A stretch of DNA of 37,502 bases from Octopus bimaculoides (lineage: Eukaryota): positions 49,726,757 through 49,764,258 of the forward strand of contig NC_068995.1 of the NCBI RefSeq assembly GCF_001194135.2, read 5' to 3'. Shown piece after piece: positions 34,729-37,502 of the stretch. The notes under the pieces were generated by a model. That model ran no database searches. It was not told the origin of the DNA and saw only the letters and a program-made list of their open reading frames with translations. The position numbers were made by a program, and so were the translations under genes. Position 1 is the stretch's first letter. Each line of letters opens with the position of its first letter.

Positions 34729-35427
34729 ATGCTAACACAAGAAATGGAAAGACATGCAGACATTGTTGCCATACATGTGGAACACAGCAATTTAGAAATT
34801 GCCAACTTTCTAAATGTTGCAAGATCTTTTCTACACAAAATTCTGGCGGGGATGTTTCAACTGTGTCAAAGAGAAAAAAAAAACATTTGGACACATATGG
34901 ACACTGGAATTCATCCAACGGATTCAAAACATTATCAAGATGATTCCTGAAAATCAGTGAGAGCCATCATCAGATAGTTTTAGGTGTTGGAGTGGACTTT
35001 CAATTTGTGGTGCTTAAGAACATTCGATACAAGTCGTGGAAACTGAGGAGAGACCAATTTATTAGAAATATTGCATTTCTAAATCCCTCAGAGAGACTTA
35101 TACAATAGCAGCACGATAAAGTGATGGTTTTTTGCAAATTTAATGTGGCAGTCCCAGGAAAGGGAAGAATGTTACTGTTATTTAACGCCAGGAAACATCG
35201 TTTCCAGTTGGCTATGTGACACAAGCGTTCTGTGTCCTTAAGTTTTCAAACAGGGGAGATAAGCACCTCCACCCAGCAAATTTATGTCTACAAAATCACA
35301 GGAGAACCAATCGATTCATACCCATCGATTATTTAACAAAGTGAAAAATCCTTACGAACATGGCACGCTTTGGTTCGCTGATGACAAAAACTACAACAAA
35401 GACGAAAAGTGTAACAGGAGAAATGAA
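34729..35427 (+). pseudogene. Decayed Tc1/mariner transposase (maT/DD37D-like), interrupted by a 216-bp insertion
   Basis: Pieces in order: MERHADIVAIHVEHSNLEIANFLNVARSFLHK; LEFIQRIQNII; SVRAII; VVLKNIRYKSWKLRRDQF; [insert]; FMSTKSQENQSIHTHRLFNKVKNPYEHGTLWFADDKNYNKDEKCNRRNE. WFADDK corresponds to the first catalytic-Asp motif F[ST]DEK. Confidence 0.8.
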
Positions 35428-36720
35428 ATTTTGCACAGATTACACACAAATAAATGGTAAGGGAAGGTGTAGTGCCGTGTTGTCATGTGGTGTCNNNNNN
35501 NNNNNNNNNNNNNNNNNNNNNNNNNNNNNNNNNNNNNNNNNNNNNNNNNNNNNNNNNNNNNNNNNNNNNNNNNNNNNNNNNNNNNNNNNNNNNNNNNNNN
35601 NNNNNNNNNNNNNNNNNNNNNNNNNNNNNNNNNNNNNNNNNNNNNNNNNNNNNNNNNNNNNNNNNNNNNNNNNNNNNNNNNNNNNNNNNNNNNNNNNNNN
35701 NNNNNNNNNNNNNNNNNNNNNNNNNNNNNNNNNNNNNNNNNNNNNNNNNNNNNNNNNNNNNNNNNNNNNNNNNNNNNNNNNNNNNNNNNNNNNNNNNNNN
35801 NNNNNNNNNNNNNNNNNNNNNNNNNNNNNNNNNNNNNNNNNNNNNNNNNNNNNNNNNNNNNNNNNNNNNNNNNNNNNNNNNNNNNNNNNNNNNNNNNNNN
35901 NNNNNNNNNNNNNNNNNNNNNNNNNNNNNNNNNNNNNNNNNNNNNNNNNNNNNNNNNNNNNNNNNNNNNNNNNNNNNNNNNNNNNNNNNNNNNNNNNNNN
36001 NNNNNNNNNNNNNNNNNNNNNNNNNNNNNNNNNNNNNNNNNNNNNNNNNNNNNNNNNNNNNNNNNNNNNNNNNNNNNNNNNNNNNNNNNNNNNNNNNNNN
36101 NNNNNNNNNNNNNNNNNNNNNNNNNNNNNNNNNNNNNNNNNNNNNNNNNNNNNNNNNNNNNNNNNNNNNNNNNNNNNNNNNNNNNNNNNNNNNNNNNNNN
36201 NNNNNNNNNNNNNNNNNNNNNNNNNNNNNNNNNNNNNNNNNNNNNNNNNNNNNNNNNNNNNNNNNNNNNNNNNNNNNNNNNNNNNNNNNNNNNNNNNNNN
36301 NNNNNNNNNNNNNNNNNNNNNNNNNNNNNNNNNNNNNNNNNNNNNNNNNNNNNNNNNNNNNNGGATGAGAGGGGGGAGGGGAGGAGGACATTACCAGAGA
36401 ACACGCTTGACGCTAACCGCAATCATCTCCTCTCTCGTCCCTTCACCCCATCCATCAGCACCACCGTACTACCAACACCACCACGACGACCACCACCACC
36501 ACTACCATCACAACAACAACAACAACAACAACCTAATCAACCACCACCTCCACCACCTCCACCTCCTACCCATGCACTATACCAATCATCCTTTTTTGCT
36601 ATTGAACTTTCTCGACTTGATTATGTTAGCTTTCTATTTATTATGTCATGTTTGTTATGTATGCAAGGGAGCTATATACGGGGAGAGTATACATACATGT
36701 ATGCAATTATATATGTGTGT

Positions 36721-36762
<42 letters not shown>

Positions 36763-37204
36763 TATAGGAAATGAGGGGAGTGTAAATGTGTGTGTGAGAG
36801 AGAGTGCGTGTGTTTATATAGGGAGTGTTTGAAGGTAGTATATGTGCGTAAGAAGCATGTGGGAGAGTAAGGTGTGCAGGAAGTTATGTGAAATATATAG
36901 GCGGGATAAAGATGGGGGGAGAATTTTATGGAGAGTGTGCGGAGGCGTGAGTAAGGAGTAATTAAGGGAATATGGGGGAAGTGTGTGTGTGTGTGTGTGT
37001 GTATGGAAAGAGTGTATGTATGCGTTTGAAGATAGGCGGTGGAGTTGCGAGTATGTATAGAAGTGCGTGGGAGTTTCTGTATACATGTTGTCACTATTGA
37101 AAATTCCGTCCCTACTTCTTCTCATCTCATATTTTGGTAAATAACACATAATTCTTTGTAAATATGCTTATTCTTTACTTCTTGATCTTTTTTGTTGTTC
37201 TTGT

Positions 37205-37502
37205 TCTTGTTATATCGCTGTTGTTGTTGTTGTTGTTGTTGTTATAGTATAGATATTGGAGTTGTTATTGTTCTGCGTGTTGTCAGTATTGCTGTTATAG
37301 TGGTTTGTGGCGTTTTCGTTGTTGTTGTTGTTGTTGTTGTTGTTCCTTTTGGAATCGCAACTGCTGTTGTTGTTGTTGTTGTTGTTGTCGCCGTCGATCG
37401 TGGTGGTGGTGGTATGGACGTCGTTGTGGTTGTCGTGATGAGGCTGATGAGATGATGATGATGATGATGACGATGATGATGACGATGATGATGACTATGA
37501 TG
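37205..37502. repeat. (TTG)/(GAT) microsatellites
   Basis: Directly visible. Confidence 0.9.

Overview
Eukaryotic, gene-poor, AT-rich DNA from a gapped draft assembly (14 N-runs, about 5.0 kb or 13% of the window). The mix of tRNA-derived SINEs and dense di-, tri- and tetranucleotide microsatellites points to a coleoid cephalopod, most likely Octopus; this is inferred from recalled repeat sequences, not from a search. I find no intact protein-coding gene: nearly all long ORFs in the track are microsatellite or N-run artefacts. Recognisable content: many SINE copies (labelled locally A, B, D), two decayed Penelope-like element (PLE) fragments of different type, an RTE-LINE RT fragment, three Tc1/mariner fragments and a Tigger/pogo-type MITE. 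Most interesting signals: (1) a complete minimal hammerhead ribozyme on the minus strand at 1035-1080, inside a 54-bp fold-back whose other arm would mask its own core and cleavage site, plus two weaker hammerhead cores at about 4.47 kb and 34.3 kb; (2) a ~20-unit minisatellite whose unit superimposes kappaB-like, STAT (TTCCCGGAA) and ETS (CCGGAAGT) motifs; (3) a close tail-to-tail inverted SINE pair that is a plausible ADAR substrate; (4) a 20-bp tandem array at the start of a mariner fragment; (5) a tRNA-like Pol III unit with a broken acceptor stem and a T5 terminator.
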